Made by a program: the position numbers and the translations under genes. From Mobula birostris (Eukaryota): a stretch of DNA of 64,000 nucleotides. This document shows, in pieces, positions 62,693-64,000 of the stretch (its first letter is position 1; every line of letters begins with the position of its first letter). The stretch spans positions 42,660,613-42,724,612 of the forward strand of contig NC_092397.1 of the NCBI RefSeq assembly GCF_030028105.1, written 5' to 3'. Under the pieces are notes generated by a model. That model was not told where the DNA came from. It ran no database searches and was given only the letters and a program-made list of their open reading frames with translations.

Positions 62693-63873
62693 TGTCATGG
62701 TCCGGTCCATGAAGTCTGCATTCCGGTTCACAGTCCAGTCCGTGGACTCATGACTCTGGGTCTTCCAGCTGTCCCTTGTTTTGATTGAGTTAATCATAGG
62801 CACCTGATTCCCATCTTGGGGCTTGGAATATAAGTAGCCTTGGGGTTGAGTGCGGGCTGCTGGTTTGTCTTGTTAAGATCCCCTGTGAGCAACCTGCCTG
62901 TGGAAGGCTAGAGCGGCCACTTCCCATCTTTAGACTGCGTTGGAGAACCATCGCTTCATGCAGCCTTGCTGTCGGTAGTCGAAGCTGTCTTTGTGGTATG
63001 GATTCGGCTGTTTCCAGGACCAGCTGAGTGTGCTGGCCAAACTGCGACTCAGAGCAACCCCGATGCAGAGGTGGAACTTTCTGTAGTTCTTCGGTGTTTG
63101 TCTAAGTCAGGCCGTTTCTTCTGTTGCCTGCGGGGGGATATGTCTTGTCTTGTCCACGCCTCCTTGGGGTAAGTCAGGCCGTTCTGCCGTTGCCCTGCAT
63201 GGGGTCCTGTCTTGTCTTGTCTTGTCTTTGCCTCTGTTGGGTAAGTCCGGCCGTTCTGCCGCTACCCGACGGATGGACCTGTCCCACCTTGGTGTGGAGA
63301 TAAAGTTGAGTTACGGCTTGTCTAAGGATAAGTCCCGGCTCTCTGTCTATGTACTGTCCTGTCTCATGTTTGTGTCGTGTTAAAGATGAGTCCTGGCTTT
63401 TTGAAGTGTAAGTTCTGGCTCTATGTTGATGTACAGTTCCCAGTCTGTCTCCGAGTTTCAGCCTTCGAGTTATCAGCCTCCGCAAGCCTCAAGAGCCAAG
63501 ACCCCAGCCTGCAGGCCTCAAGAGCCAAGTCCAAGACCCCAGCCTCAAGCCCCAAGACTCTAGACCCCAACCACGTCCTGTCCTGTAGTTATGTCGTGTC
63601 CTTGCCTGGTTCTAGGGCCCGAGCCCCAGTCAAGACTCAGGTTCTGGGTCCTTGTCCAGTCTCTGGCTCGGAACCTAAACCCAGGCTCCTAGTGCGTAGT
63701 TCCTTGCCCGGGTTCCCTGTCTTGTCCATGTCCTGGCCCAAGTCTGCGTTCTTGTCCCTGCTCCTTGTTTGCATCCTGTCACGTCCCGATCCTAGTCAAG
63801 TCCTGTTCTTTGTCCTTCAGTGTCTGTGTCTTGCTGTTGGGTCCACTATCTACGCCCCCCTCCGATTGTGACA
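62693..63873. mobile_element. Solo LTR (Gypsy-like termini)
   Basis: TGTCATGG...TGTGACA with flanks GTTTG/GTTTC (near target-site duplication) and internal short repeats. Confidence 0.65.
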
Positions 63874-64000
63874 GTTTCAATCACTCCAGACAGGCATTGA
63901 CCCTAATATTCACATATTTGCATGTTATATTATATCAAAAACACCTCAATTAATTTCTAATCCGGAAAAGATTTCTTAACCCGCAATTTACCTGAAGCAA

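Noticed and set aside
63377-63871. 164-aa ORF
   Set aside because: Low-complexity sequence inside the solo LTR; no domain recognised.

Overview
This is vertebrate genomic DNA. The H1 and H2B sequence types and the repeat content suggest a cartilaginous fish, which is an inference. The left half holds a replication-dependent histone cluster: intact intronless H2B(+), H2A(+), H1(+), H3(-), H4(-) and a second H2B(-), each with a 3' stem-loop and a U7-type downstream element. Around them are remnants of gene turnover: an orphan H2A promoter now pointing into a LINE, a 5'-deleted H4 pseudogene inside a direct segmental duplication, and an H3 pseudogene whose breakpoint became a 92-bp tandem repeat. 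The right part is a decaying tRNA cluster (one intact Ala-TGC plus Asp, Asn, two Gly-derived and two iMet pseudogenes), partly mirror-duplicated around a 46-bp satellite. The rest is transposon debris: CR1, Rex1, I/Nimb-like LINE, Tc1, LTR-like and Penelope-derived elements. The most notable signals are a family of minimal hammerhead-ribozyme motifs in Penelope-derived and fold-back elements (one with an intact core at 16398-16435), an H1 TG-box/AC-box pair 354 bp apart, and two orphan Pol II promoter-like modules. I found no novel protein-coding system. Repeat boundaries were placed by eye and are approximate.
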